A stretch of DNA of 38,834 bases, taken from the NCBI GenBank assembly GCA_052386575.1, contig JBQTKC010000084.1:1-38834 (forward strand), written 5' to 3'. Made by a program: the position numbers and the translations under genes. The stretch comes from Beijerinckiaceae bacterium. Lineage in GTDB: Bacteria; Pseudomonadota; Alphaproteobacteria; Rhizobiales; Beijerinckiaceae. This document shows, in pieces, positions 29,893 through 38,834 of this stretch (positions within the stretch are counted from its first letter, which is position 1; each line of letters starts with the position of its first letter). The notes under the pieces were generated by a model. It made no database searches. It had not been told where the DNA came from and worked only from the letters and a program-made list of their open reading frames with translations.

Positions 29893-32800
29893 ATGGAAAA
29901 AAATAAAACCGGCGCGGGCGCGGAGACGCTTGACGAAACCCCGCCCGATTATTCAAAGAGCCTTTTCCTGCCGCGCACCGATTTTCCGATGCGTGGCAGC
30001 CTGCCGGAGAAGGAGCCAAAACTGCTCGCCCGCTGGCGGGAGATCGATCTTTACGGGCGTCTTGCCGAGGCGGGGCGGGGCAAGCCCAAATTCGTCCTCC
30101 ACGACGGCCCCCCTTACGCCAATGGCAACATCCACACCGGCCACGCGCTGAACAAGATTTTGAAAGACCTTGTGACCCGCTCGCAGCGGATGCTCGGCAA
30201 GGACTCGAACTATGTGCCCGGCTGGGATTGCCATGGCCTTCCGATCGAATGGAAGATCGAGGAGAACTATCGCGCCAAGGGCAAGAATAAGGACTCCGTG
30301 CCCATTAACGAGTTTCGCCGCGAGTGCCGCGCCTTCGCCGAACATTGGGTCGGCGTGCAAGCGCAAGAATTTCAGCGCCTCGGCGTGATCGGGGATTGGG
30401 AGCATCCCTATCTCACGATGAGCTTTGCCGCCGAAGCCCAGATCGCGCGGGAAATCATGAAATTCGCGGCGAACGGGACGCTTTATCGCGGCTCGAAGCC
30501 TGTTATGTGGAGCGTTGTCGAAAAAACCGCGCTCGCCGAGGCGGAGGTCGAGTACGAGGACATCGTTAGCGATCAGGTGTGGGTGGCGTTTCCGGTGAAG
30601 AGACGGACAGCGCGAGGCGCTTTTCGTGCAGTGGGCGAAAACTCACCGATTCAGGAATTACACGCAGATCAAACCGTTGCAGCCGGAAAATGGCCTAGTT
30701 ACGAGAAAGTTTCCGTCGTGATTTGGACAACGACTCCTTGGACGGTCCCAGCGAATCGCGCAATAAGTTTCTCACGAAAAATCATTTATGGGCAATACGT
30801 TATCGGAGCAGACGCCCCTACAGATAATTGGGCAAGACCAGGAAAGAAATTTATTATTGCCGACAACCTTGCTGGCGATTTGTTCAAAGCTGCGCGCGTT
30901 GATCCCGCCCATTTGTCCCGCGAGAGGGATGTCTTAGGCGACGAGCTTGAATTGCTCGTCGTGTCGCATCCGCTTGCCGGCTTGGATTCGAGATATGACT
31001 GCGACGTTCCCCTGCTCGACGGCGATCACGTCACCGACGACACGGGCACAGGCTTCGTCCATACAGCCCCTTCGCATGGCCGCGACGACTTTGATATTTG
31101 GATGGCGAACAAGGCCGCGCTGCAAGCAAGACGCATCAATACTCGCATCCCCTATACCGTCGATGCGGATGGTTTCTTCACCAACGAGGCTCCGGGGTTC
31201 GAGGGCCGCCGCGTCATCGACGACAAAGGTAATAAGGGCGACGCCAATGAGGCGGTCATCCAGGCGCTCATCGAAGCCGGCAATCTACTCGCGCGCGGAA
31301 AATTAAAGCACCAGTACCCGCATTCCTGGCGCTCCAAAAGGCCGGTCATTTTCCGCAACACGCCGCAATGGTTTATCGCGCTCGACAGGCCTACCCACCC
31401 CAACCCTCCCCCACAGGGGGGGAGGGGGGAGACCCTCCGCGAGATCGCGCTTAGCGAGATCGCCGCGACAAAATGGTATCCGCCCGCTGGCGAAAACCGC
31501 ATTACCGGCATGATCAGTAATCGCCCGGATTGGGTCGTCTCGCGCCAGCGCGCCTGGGGCGTGCCGATCGCTATCTTCGTCAACAAGGACACAAGCGAAA
31601 TCCTTATCGACGAGAAGGTCAATCGGCGCATAACGGACGCTTTCGAGCAAGAAGGCGCCGACGCATGGTTTGCGGCAGGTGCCGCCGTGCGCTTTCTTGG
31701 CCCGGACCATGACCCGGAAAAATACGAAAAGATAGACGACGTTCTCGATGTCTGGTTCGATTCGGGCTCGACTTATACTTTTACGCTGGAGGACCCCAAG
31801 AATTTCCCCGGTCTCGCGGGCATCCACCGGTTGCGCGATGGCGGACGCGACGAAATCCTATATCTCGAAGGCTCGGACCAGCATCGCGGCTGGTTTCAGT
31901 CCTCGCTTTTGGAATCCTGCGGCACGCGCGGCCGCGCGCCCTACGACGCGGTTCTGACTCATGGTTTCTTTCTCGACGAGAAGGGCCAAAAAATGTCGAA
32001 ATCGCTCCGCAACGTCGTAGCTCCCCAAACCGTCATAAAGGATGCGGGCGCCGATATTTTACGGCTCTGGGTCGCGGCCTCCGACTATTCCGAAGACGTG
32101 CGCATCGGGCCGGAGATCCTCAAAACCTTTGTCGAGACCTACCGGAAACTCCGCAACACGATTCGCTGGATGCTCGGCTCGCTCGCCCATTACGAGGAGG
32201 AGAACACGATCGGATTCGAGGCGATGGACGAGCTTGAAAGATTCATGCTCCATCGGGTCGCCGAACTCGATGCCGAAATCCGCGATGCCTATGAGAACTT
32301 CGACTATAAGCGCGTTGTCGCACGCTTGACGGCTTTCCTTAACACTGATCTTTCGGCCTTTTATTTCGATATTCGCAAGGACACGCTCTATTGCGAACCG
32401 CCTTCGAGCGAAAAGCGGCGCGCCGCGCTGGAGGCGATCGAGAAGATTTTCCGCGCTGTTACCCTGTGGCTCGCGCCGGTCTTGGTCTTCACTTCGGAAG
32501 AAGCGTGGCTCGCGCGATACAGGCAAGCGATCTCGGTGCATCTCGAAGCGTTCCCAAAAATTCCGCCCATGTGGCGCGACAAGGCGCTTGCCGAAAAATG
32601 GGAACAAATCCGCCGCGCCCGTTTTGTCGTCACCGGGGCGCTGGAGATCGAGCGGGCGCAAAAGCGGATCGGCTCCTCGCTTGAGGCGGCGCCAAAGGTC
32701 TTTGTCGCGGACGCGGGGCTCCGCGCGGTTCTCGATTCAATCGATTTTGCCGAGATCTGCATCACTTCGGGTATCGCGATCGAGGCGGGAGAAGGGCCAG

Positions 32801-32985
32801 CGGGCGCTTTCCGCCTCCCCGGCGCCAAAGGTGTCGCCGTTCTGCCGGCCCTTGCCGAGGGGAGGAAATGCGCGCGATCCTGGAAAATTTCCCCGCTTGT
32901 GGGCAGCGATCCCGAATTTCCCGACATAAGTCCTCGCGATGCGCGGGCTTTGCGGGAATTGCGGGCTTTGGGACAATGGCCATGA
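29893..32985 (+). CDS. ileS: Isoleucine--tRNA ligase (IleRS1, bacterial type)
   Basis: [16 protein letters not shown] (HIGH), [36 protein letters not shown] and KMSKS; followed by lspA. Confidence 0.97.
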   Translation: MEKNKTGAGAETLDETPPDYSKSLFLPRTDFPMRGSLPEKEPKLLARWREIDLYGRLAEAGRGKPKFVLHDGPPYANGNIHTGHALNKILKDLVTRSQRMLGKDSNYVPGWDCHGLPIEWKIEENYRAKGKNKDSVPINEFRRECRAFAEHWVGVQAQEFQRLGVIGDWEHPYLTMSFAAEAQIAREIMKFAANGTLYRGSKPVMWSVVEKTALAEAEVEYEDIVSDQVWVAFPVKRRTARGAFRAVGENSPIQELHADQTVAAGKWPSYEKVSVVIWTTTPWTVPANRAISFSRKIIYGQYVIGADAPTDNWARPGKKFIIADNLAGDLFKAARVDPAHLSRERDVLGDELELLVVSHPLAGLDSRYDCDVPLLDGDHVTDDTGTGFVHTAPSHGRDDFDIWMANKAALQARRINTRIPYTVDADGFFTNEAPGFEGRRVIDDKGNKGDANEAVIQALIEAGNLLARGKLKHQYPHSWRSKRPVIFRNTPQWFIALDRPTHPNPPPQGGRGETLREIALSEIAATKWYPPAGENRITGMISNRPDWVVSRQRAWGVPIAIFVNKDTSEILIDEKVNRRITDAFEQEGADAWFAAGAAVRFLGPDHDPEKYEKIDDVLDVWFDSGSTYTFTLEDPKNFPGLAGIHRLRDGGRDEILYLEGSDQHRGWFQSSLLESCGTRGRAPYDAVLTHGFFLDEKGQKMSKSLRNVVAPQTVIKDAGADILRLWVAASDYSEDVRIGPEILKTFVETYRKLRNTIRWMLGSLAHYEEENTIGFEAMDELERFMLHRVAELDAEIRDAYENFDYKRVVARLTAFLNTDLSAFYFDIRKDTLYCEPPSSEKRRAALEAIEKIFRAVTLWLAPVLVFTSEEAWLARYRQAISVHLEAFPKIPPMWRDKALAEKWEQIRRARFVVTGALEIERAQKRIGSSLEAAPKVFVADAGLRAVLDSIDFAEICITSGIAIEAGEGPAGAFRLPGAKGVAVLPALAEGRKCARSWKISPLVGSDPEFPDISPRDARALRELRALGQWP
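31390..31429. repeat. REP/RPE-like palindromic element inserted in frame in ileS
   Basis: CCTACCCACCCCAACCCTCCCCC-ACAGG-GGGGGAGGG forms a 9-bp stem (31404-31412/31418-31426) and translates as [13 protein letters not shown]. Confidence 0.7.
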
Positions 32986-33482
32986 AGCCGCGTCTTCTGG
33001 GCTCATGCGTAATGGCCGCCACGCTCGCCGCCGACCAGGCGAACAAGCTTTGGCTTATCTTTGTTTATGGAATCGAAACACGCCAGCCGGTCCGCCTCGC
33101 TCCTTTCTTCGATGTGATCTATGCCAAAAACCCCGGCATCTCTTACTCCATGTTGCCCGCTCAAATTGGGATGGAGCGTCTTGGCCTGCTTACCGTAACG
33201 CTTGCGGCCACGGCGTTTCTGGGCCTTTGGCTGTGGCGCGCGGGGACGAAAACCGCCGGTGTTGGTCTTGGTTTTATTGTCGGCGGCGCGCTTGGCAATG
33301 CCTATGACCGGCTGGCCTACGGGTTTGTCGCCGATTTCTATCATTTTCATGCCGGGTCGTTCTCGTGGTATGTCTTTAACTTGGCGGATGCCGCGATCGT
33401 TGCCGGAGTCGCGCTCCTGATTTACGATTCCTTTGCCCCCGCAGGCATGTCCGGCGAGATCAAACGCACCCCCGGGGAATGA
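32982..33482 (+). CDS. lspA: Lipoprotein signal peptidase II
   Basis: [26 protein letters not shown] and VFNLADAAI; ATGA overlap with the ileS stop. Confidence 0.96.
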   Translation: MKPRLLGSCVMAATLAADQANKLWLIFVYGIETRQPVRLAPFFDVIYAKNPGISYSMLPAQIGMERLGLLTVTLAATAFLGLWLWRAGTKTAGVGLGFIVGGALGNAYDRLAYGFVADFYHFHAGSFSWYVFNLADAAIVAGVALLIYDSFAPAGMSGEIKRTPGE

Positions 33483-33599
33483 GTTTTATTGCCCGCAAGC
33501 CGCCTCCAAAAAGCCCTGAACGCGGATAAAATGACAACGGATTTGCGTGGCGCCGCAAAAATTTGCGGTGCGGCTCGAAAGCTAGGAGGCTAGTCTTTG

Positions 33600-34208
33600 A
33601 TGAAGTTCGACGTCCTAGTGGGGCATGGGTGGGGCTTGGCGGAATCCGCGGCCATTCTCCTATCTGTCGCGGGATTTACCGGCGCGACGCCGGCGCGGGC
33701 GGCGGAAGACACCAGTATGTTCAATTCGGTGCTCGGATTCTTCGGCATGCAGTCCGGCAAGGAGCAAGACTCGATCGATTATAGGGCGCGGGCGCCGGTC
33801 GTCGTTCCGCCGCGCACCGATCTGCCGCCGCCGAAAGAGGCGGTACGCGACCCAGCTTGGCCAAAAGATCCAAATATCTCGGCCGAGCGCCGGGCGGCGT
33901 TGGATTCGCGTAGGCCCGCGCCTCGGGTGACGCCAAATTCGCGGGTCGACATGTCGCAGACGGAGTTGCAGCTGGGCCGCGGCCCAACGCCAGCGGATGA
34001 CCCCCCCGACGTATGTCAGCCGGAATCCGGGACGTCACTCTGCCTCTATTCGCCTTGGAAAGCTCTCAAATCCGTTGTGAACGTGTTTGACTCGGATACG
34101 GTCCAGCCGGGACCGGAGCCGCCGCGCAAATTTTTGACCGAGCCGCCCGCGGGCTATAGGGAGGCGACAGGGGTCGCCAAGGCAACGATCGATGCACCGA
34201 AGGACTAG
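33600..34208 (+). CDS. Conserved hypothetical exported, Pro-rich protein, possibly with a premature TAG
   Basis: Signal-like N-terminus (…ARA/AED), IDYRARAPVVVPP, AWPKDP and EPPRKFLTEPPAGYR motifs, as recalled for the gene between lspA and the M16 pair in Hyphomicrobiales; AGGAGG SD upstream. Confidence 0.75.
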   Translation: MKFDVLVGHGWGLAESAAILLSVAGFTGATPARAAEDTSMFNSVLGFFGMQSGKEQDSIDYRARAPVVVPPRTDLPPPKEAVRDPAWPKDPNISAERRAALDSRRPAPRVTPNSRVDMSQTELQLGRGPTPADDPPDVCQPESGTSLCLYSPWKALKSVVNVFDSDTVQPGPEPPRKFLTEPPAGYREATGVAKATIDAPKD

Positions 34209-34529
34209 CCGGACGCCGCCGATCCTGGCGCCTATATCCGGTCGCAGCGTCCCCAAACATCGGCCGACAATTGCTTGCGCGGCTTTGAGCGAAAGACGCC
34301 GGGACGCGTGCGACTACGCAACCGCCGAGGCCGGATAAAACGTTGCGGCTTTTTTGAAATTCCATCCTATATCTGGGCGGACCTGCCCGCGTGCGGACGG
34401 CGAGGGAGCAAGGCCTGCCTTCGCTCTTGCGTGAAAGCGAGGGACGTTCTTTTGAAAGCGATGCCTGGAATGACTTTTTGTGAAACCGCGGCGGCGCGGG
34501 AGAGAATCTTTCTAAATCCTCTAGCGCAA

Positions 34530-35852
34530 ATGCAAGGCAAACCGGCGGGTCCGGCGATTACGGAAGCAAAGCTCGCAAATGGCCTCGATATCGTCGTCAT
34601 CGAGGATCACCGCTCGCCCGTCGCGACGCACATGGTTTGGTATCGCAACGGCTCCGCCGACGATCCGCCGGGCAAATCCGGTATCGCGCATTTCCTCGAA
34701 CATTTGATGTTCAAGGGCACCGCAGCCAATCCGCAAGGCAAATTTTCGGAGCTTATCGCGGATCTCGGCGGCCAGGAGAATGCCTTTACCTCCAATGACT
34801 ATACCGCCTATTTCCAGCGCGTCGCCACGGAGCACCTAGGCGTCTGCATGGAATACGAGGCCGACCGGATGACGAACCTTGTCCTTACCGACGATGTGGT
34901 CGGCCCCGAGCGCGATGTCGTCCTCGAGGAAAGGCGGATGCGCACCGATTCCGACCCATCCAGTCAGCTCGGTGAAGCCGTGCAGTCGGCGCTGTTCACA
35001 CAGCATCCCTACGGCAAGCCGATCATCGGCTGGAGCCATGAGATCGAAAGCCTCGAACGGGCCGACGCGTTCGCCTATTATGAGCGTTTCTATACCCCCG
35101 AAAACGCGATTCTCGTCGTGGCCGGCGATGTCGAGCCAAAGGATGTCATCGCCCGCGCGGAAAAATGGTACGGTTCCGTTCCTGCCCGCGGCGAGCCGCC
35201 GAAACGGTTTCGTCCACGCGAGCCCGCGCCGCGCGCGCGCCGTCTGGTAACGCTATCTGATGAAAAGGTGGAGCAGCCATCGCATCAAGGCGTCTTTCTG
35301 GTGCCGTCCTATAAGTCGGCCGCGCCCGGCGAGGCCGAAGCGCTGGAGGTTCTCGCCCAATTGTTGGGCGGCGGCCTGACGAGCCTTTTGTTTAAGACCT
35401 TGGTCATGGACGGCAAGCTCGCGGTTTCGGCAGGGGCGCATTATCAGGGCACGGCGGTCGACGACACCCGTTTCTACGTCTTCGCGGTACCGGCGCGCGG
35501 CGTTGACCTTGCGGCGATCGATGCGGCGATCGATGCCGTGATCGCCGGCGCCGCGCAAGGGATTCAAGAGGCGGATGTCCGGCGCGCCAAGACCCGTCTC
35601 GTCGCCGAGGCAGTCTACGCCCAGGATAATCAGGCGACGCTGGCCCACTGGTATGGCGCCTCGCTCGCGGTGGGCCTCGGCCTTGAGGATATCGCGCAAT
35701 GGCCCGCGCGGATCGAGGCGGTTACACATGGCGACGTGAAAAAGGCGGCGCTCTGGCTCGACAAGCGGCGAAGCGTGACGGGCTTTCTCTTGCCGGCGGA
35801 CTCTTGCCCCGCCTCGACAGGCGCGGACGCGGCCGGCTCCATAGCGCTCTGA
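34530..35852 (+). CDS. M16B (pitrilysin/insulinase family) zinc peptidase, catalytic subunit; start uncertain (34461-34530)
   Basis: LANGL, GIAHFLEHLMFKGT (HxxEH), ENAFTSNDYTAY, ERDVVLEE and HPYGKPIIGW. Confidence 0.93.
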   Translation: MQGKPAGPAITEAKLANGLDIVVIEDHRSPVATHMVWYRNGSADDPPGKSGIAHFLEHLMFKGTAANPQGKFSELIADLGGQENAFTSNDYTAYFQRVATEHLGVCMEYEADRMTNLVLTDDVVGPERDVVLEERRMRTDSDPSSQLGEAVQSALFTQHPYGKPIIGWSHEIESLERADAFAYYERFYTPENAILVVAGDVEPKDVIARAEKWYGSVPARGEPPKRFRPREPAPRARRLVTLSDEKVEQPSHQGVFLVPSYKSAAPGEAEALEVLAQLLGGGLTSLLFKTLVMDGKLAVSAGAHYQGTAVDDTRFYVFAVPARGVDLAAIDAAIDAVIAGAAQGIQEADVRRAKTRLVAEAVYAQDNQATLAHWYGASLAVGLGLEDIAQWPARIEAVTHGDVKKAALWLDKRRSVTGFLLPADSCPASTGADAAGSIAL

Positions 35853-35904
35853 GCACGTTTGGGCGCGCATCGGTGTCTAAAGTACTTGGTCTTTGGATAA
35901 TAAC

Positions 35905-37185
35905 ATGACCGCGCTTGCCCCCACTGAGACCCCTTCACGCGCGTCAACTGTCCAGAAGGTCGTCTCCAAAGGCGGCGTCGAGGCCTGGCTCGTCGAGGAC
36001 TACGCGGTTCCCCTCGTCGCCCTCCAATTCGCCTTTAAAGGCGGCGCCTCGCAGGATCCCGCCGGCAAGCCCGGGGCCGCCACGCTCCTTTCGGGCCTCC
36101 TCGACGAAGGGGCTGGGCCCTATGACGCGGACGGCTTTCATCGCGCCCTCGAGGATGATGCGATCGAAATGTCGTTTTCCGCCGATCGCGACGTTCTGAC
36201 CGGACGCACGCAGAGCTTGTCGCGGAATGTGGCCCGCGCCTTCGCGCTCCTGCAACTCGCCGTGACCGAAGCGCGTCTTGACGCTGACTCCGTCGAGCGG
36301 GTGGTGAACCAGATTGCCGCCGGTCTGAAACGCGAGGCGAACGATCCTGCCTTCGTCGCAGGCCGGCGGTTCAGTGCGTTGGCCTATCCAAATCATCCCT
36401 ATGGCCTGCCTGTCCGCGGCGAACTTTCGACTCTGCCAGCCCTGACGCGCGCCAGCTTGATTGAAATGCGCGCGGCGGCATTTGCGAGAGACAATTTGAA
36501 GATCGCCGCCGTCGGCGCGATCGGCGCGGTGACACTCGCGGGACATCTCGACGATGTGTTTGGCCGGCTGCCGGAGAAGGCCTCTCTCAATTTGGTCGCG
36601 CCCGCCGCTTTTTCCGGCGCCGGCACGCGCCATGTCGACAAAATCGAGGTGCCGCAATCGACGATTCGTTTCGGCCGCGAGGGGCTCGCCCGCAGGGATC
36701 GCGATTTCATCCCGGCGATGGTGGTCAACCATGTTTTGGGCGGCGGCATTTTTTCGGCGCGCCTGTTTCGCGAGGTGCGCGAAAAACGCGGGCTGGCCTA
36801 TTCGGTCCATTCGCAGCTTGTGGCGTATGACCACGCCGCCATGTTTTACGGTGGCACATCGACCAAGAACGAGCGCGCCGCCAAATCGATGGCTGTCATC
36901 GAGAAGGAGATCTCGAGCCTTGCGGATTCTGGGCCGACGGAAGAAGAGCTCGATAAGGCAAAAAAATATCTGATCGGCTCCTATGCGCTGCGTTTTGACA
37001 CCTCGACCAAGATTGCCGGGCAACTTGTCAATTTGCAGTCCGAAGGTTTCGGCGTCGAATACCTCGACGAGCGCAACAAGCTGATCGCCGCCGTGACAAT
37101 GGAAGACGCCAAACGGGCGTCAAAGCGCCTCTTCGGCGATGCCAAGCTCCTCGTCACTGTCGCTGGGAACCCGGAGCGGATGTGA
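35905..37185 (+). CDS. M16B peptidase, non-catalytic partner subunit
   Basis: Same fold with no HxxEH (LLDEGAG instead); carries the R/Y pair in VREKRGLAY. Confidence 0.92.
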   Translation: MTALAPTETPSRASTVQKVVSKGGVEAWLVEDYAVPLVALQFAFKGGASQDPAGKPGAATLLSGLLDEGAGPYDADGFHRALEDDAIEMSFSADRDVLTGRTQSLSRNVARAFALLQLAVTEARLDADSVERVVNQIAAGLKREANDPAFVAGRRFSALAYPNHPYGLPVRGELSTLPALTRASLIEMRAAAFARDNLKIAAVGAIGAVTLAGHLDDVFGRLPEKASLNLVAPAAFSGAGTRHVDKIEVPQSTIRFGREGLARRDRDFIPAMVVNHVLGGGIFSARLFREVREKRGLAYSVHSQLVAYDHAAMFYGGTSTKNERAAKSMAVIEKEISSLADSGPTEEELDKAKKYLIGSYALRFDTSTKIAGQLVNLQSEGFGVEYLDERNKLIAAVTMEDAKRASKRLFGDAKLLVTVAGNPERM

Positions 37186-37320
37186 GGGCAGCCAGTGCCC
37201 CGCGATCGGGTCCTGGCTATGCTCATTTTACGTGGCGAGGATCAATAGTCGTGCAGCAATAACGAGCTGAGATTGGCACTTTGTTACAGTTTCCGGATCA
37301 TCATTTCACGTGAGGAGCGC

Positions 37321-37437
37321 CCCTTCTCCCGCTTGCGGCAGAAGTGCCGGCGCGAAGCGACGACGGTTGAGGGTGTGGCAAGCCCCCTCACCCGGCCCCG
37401 CTTCGCGGGACCACCCTCTCCCGCTTGCGGGAGAGGG
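37321..37437. repeat. Composite palindromic repeat (alphaproteobacterial REP/BIME-like element)
   Basis: CCCTTCTCCCGCTTGCGGCAGAAG (37321-37344) and CCCTCTCCCGCTTGCGGGAGAGGG (37414-37437) hairpins, inner TGAGGG/CCCTCA arms, and CGCGAAGCG / CGCTTCGCG small hairpins. Confidence 0.8.
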
Positions 37438-37551
37438 AACGCGCGATCCGAGTCGATCGCTCGGAAACCGTGTAAGATCGAAGCTCGCGAACGTAAGGTG
37501 GCATTCCGGCCAATGCCGGATTTCGCCATTCATCTCATGGCTGCCATTATC

Positions 37552-37686
37552 GGCGAGGCGGGCTCAGTCTTGTCAAGGATGTCATAGGGCGTTTGGAAGA
37601 ACGCCCGTCGCAAGCAACGGGCTATGGCACCGGCTTCGCCGGCGCGAGCTTTCGCTCGCGTCCTTGACAAGGCCGGCCCGCTCGCC
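37552..37686. repeat. Long multibranched inverted-repeat element
   Basis: Perfect 11-bp IR CTTGTCAAGGA (37569-37579)/TCCTTGACAAG (37661-37671), extendable to GGCGAG/CTCGCC, enclosing four small hairpins. Confidence 0.7.
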
Positions 37687-37739
37687 AAACTCGCCGCCGT
37701 GGGATGAATGGCAAGTTGCGACGTTCTGGTGGGGGAGAG

Positions 37740-38834
37740 ATGGCCGAACCAGAGAAGAGCATTTTTGAAAATCTAATTGCGGGGCCGTCGGGCTGGCCCG
37801 AGGCCTACGACCAACTGCAGCAGCTCATCGGTGCACGCGGCGCGTTGCTGTTCGTTCTCTTTGCCGCCACTCTCCTCGTCTGGTGGAAATGGGAAGAAAT
37901 CGTAAAGCGCCCATGGATTAAACCGGCCATTGAGCGCTTCAAACGCAGTGCTATCCCGAGAGCACCGGCTGACCGCCTCACCATAGCGGTGGCGCAGCTC
38001 GACAATGATCAGGACCAGGAGCACGAGACTCTCCTCGTCGACGAGCTAAGGCATTTCGAGGGCGTCGAGACCCGGAGCGTCGGTGGCGCAATTGCCTCTG
38101 AAGCAGAGGACAGGAAAAAAGCCGACAAGAAAGCGCAGAGCCTTCTCAAAAAAATCGGCGCCGATGTTCTGATCTGGGGCAGCGTCATCAGCAGGGGCGG
38201 CAAGAGCGCCATGCGGCTCTATTGGACCCCTGCGCGGGAGGCTCTCGGCGCCAAGTCAAGCGGCAAATATCTGCCGACCGAGACTCTCGCGTTGCCGGAG
38301 GAATTTTGGGGCGACCTCAAAGAGATACTTGGCCTCCTCACCCAATCCCGCTTGGCAGACATCAGCTTCGGGCAGCCGGGGCATTATATCGCCGGAAAGC
38401 TTGCGCCTTTGATCAGCCAGGTCCGCGCCCTCATCGAAAAAAAGGAGGGCGTCTGGAACCCGGAGATCCTGGCCGGGGTGCAATCCAGCCTGGCCATCGC
38501 GCTCTTGCAATACGGCGAGCAGTCCGGACAGAACCAGCCGCTCCTCGAGAGCGCCGAACTCTTTCGCAAGGTTCTGGACGAAAATACCCGCGAACGCGTG
38601 CCGCTCCAATGGGCCATGACCCAAATGAATCTCGGCAATGCGCTCCAAACGCTCGGCGTGCGGGAGAGCGGCACGGCGCGGCTCGAAGAGGCCGTTGCCG
38701 CCTATCGCGAGGCCTTGCAGGAATTTACCCGCGCGCGCGTGCCGCTCGAATGGGCCAGGACCCAGAAGAATCTCGGCAGTGCGCTCGCAAAGCTCGGCGT
38801 GCGGGAGAGCGGCACGGCGCGGCTGGAAGAGGCC
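37740..38834 (+). CDS. Membrane-anchored tetratricopeptide-repeat protein (partial, continues beyond the window; absent from the ORF track)
   Basis: GGGGAG SD and ATG 37740, open to the window end by my translation: MAEPEKSIF..., TM segment ALLFVLFAATLLVWW, a globular domain (LTIAVAQLDND...GADVLIWGSV), then 47-aa repeats TRERVPLQWAMTQMNLGNALQTLGVRESGTARLEEAVAAYREALQE. Confidence 0.88.
   Translation, partial: MAEPEKSIFENLIAGPSGWPEAYDQLQQLIGARGALLFVLFAATLLVWWKWEEIVKRPWIKPAIERFKRSAIPRAPADRLTIAVAQLDNDQDQEHETLLVDELRHFEGVETRSVGGAIASEAEDRKKADKKAQSLLKKIGADVLIWGSVISRGGKSAMRLYWTPAREALGAKSSGKYLPTETLALPEEFWGDLKEILGLLTQSRLADISFGQPGHYIAGKLAPLISQVRALIEKKEGVWNPEILAGVQSSLAIALLQYGEQSGQNQPLLESAELFRKVLDENTRERVPLQWAMTQMNLGNALQTLGVRESGTARLEEAVAAYREALQEFTRARVPLEWARTQKNLGSALAKLGVRESGTARLEEA
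38586..38834 (+). repeat. 141-bp intragenic tandem repeat (TPR units)
   Basis: The unit starting at 38586 recurs at 38727, with long identical stretches such as CTCGGCGTGCGGGAGAGCGGCACGGCGCGGCT. Confidence 0.9.

Noticed and set aside
29700-29893. T-box riboswitch upstream of ileS
   Set aside because: No T-box consensus (AAGGTGGTACCGCG-like) or Stem I motifs are visible.
37321-37690. CRISPR array
   Set aside because: These are inverted repeats without regularly spaced direct repeats or unique spacers, and there are no cas genes.
38586-38834. DGR template/variable repeat pair
   Set aside because: The repeats are in-frame tandem TPR units, differences are not limited to adenines (e.g. ATG/AGG, CAA/GAA), and no reverse transcriptase is in the window.

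Overview
High-GC alphaproteobacterial chromosomal window (gene content and repeat families point to Hyphomicrobiales, plausibly Beijerinckiaceae; this is inference). The core backbone is rpsA; sucC-sucD-sucA-sucB-(methyltransferase)-lpdA; secA and a divergent parvulin-type PPIase; DUF4170 plus a waaA-like gene; mutL; and ileS-lspA-hypothetical-two M16 peptidases. Accessory material interrupts it. (i) Positions 1-1680 are a decayed island edge: a degenerate tRNA-Trp-like remnant, fused gene fragments, an AT-rich methyltransferase and an IS5 remnant. (ii) Positions 18.1-27.5 kb hold an IS256 remnant, a patatin and several arginine/guanidino genes: a stand-alone ArgZ/AgrE-type arginine dihydrolase homolog with ornithine aminotransferase and an Lrp regulator, a Gdx/SugE exporter convergent with an orphan AGAT/SxtG-like amidinotransferase, and a Tat-signal beta-carbonic anhydrase. 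(iii) Palindromic repeat elements and a membrane-anchored TPR-repeat gene run off the right end; the ORF track misses this gene. The most notable observations are the guanidino-nitrogen cluster, a full-length WaaA homolog with its acceptor/catalytic motifs replaced, three oddities at ileS (a short upstream ORF, a compositionally foreign patch in the editing domain and an in-frame palindromic repeat insertion), and near-identical TPR repeats that vary at specific codons. All calls come from reading the sequence and recalled family motifs; no searches were run.
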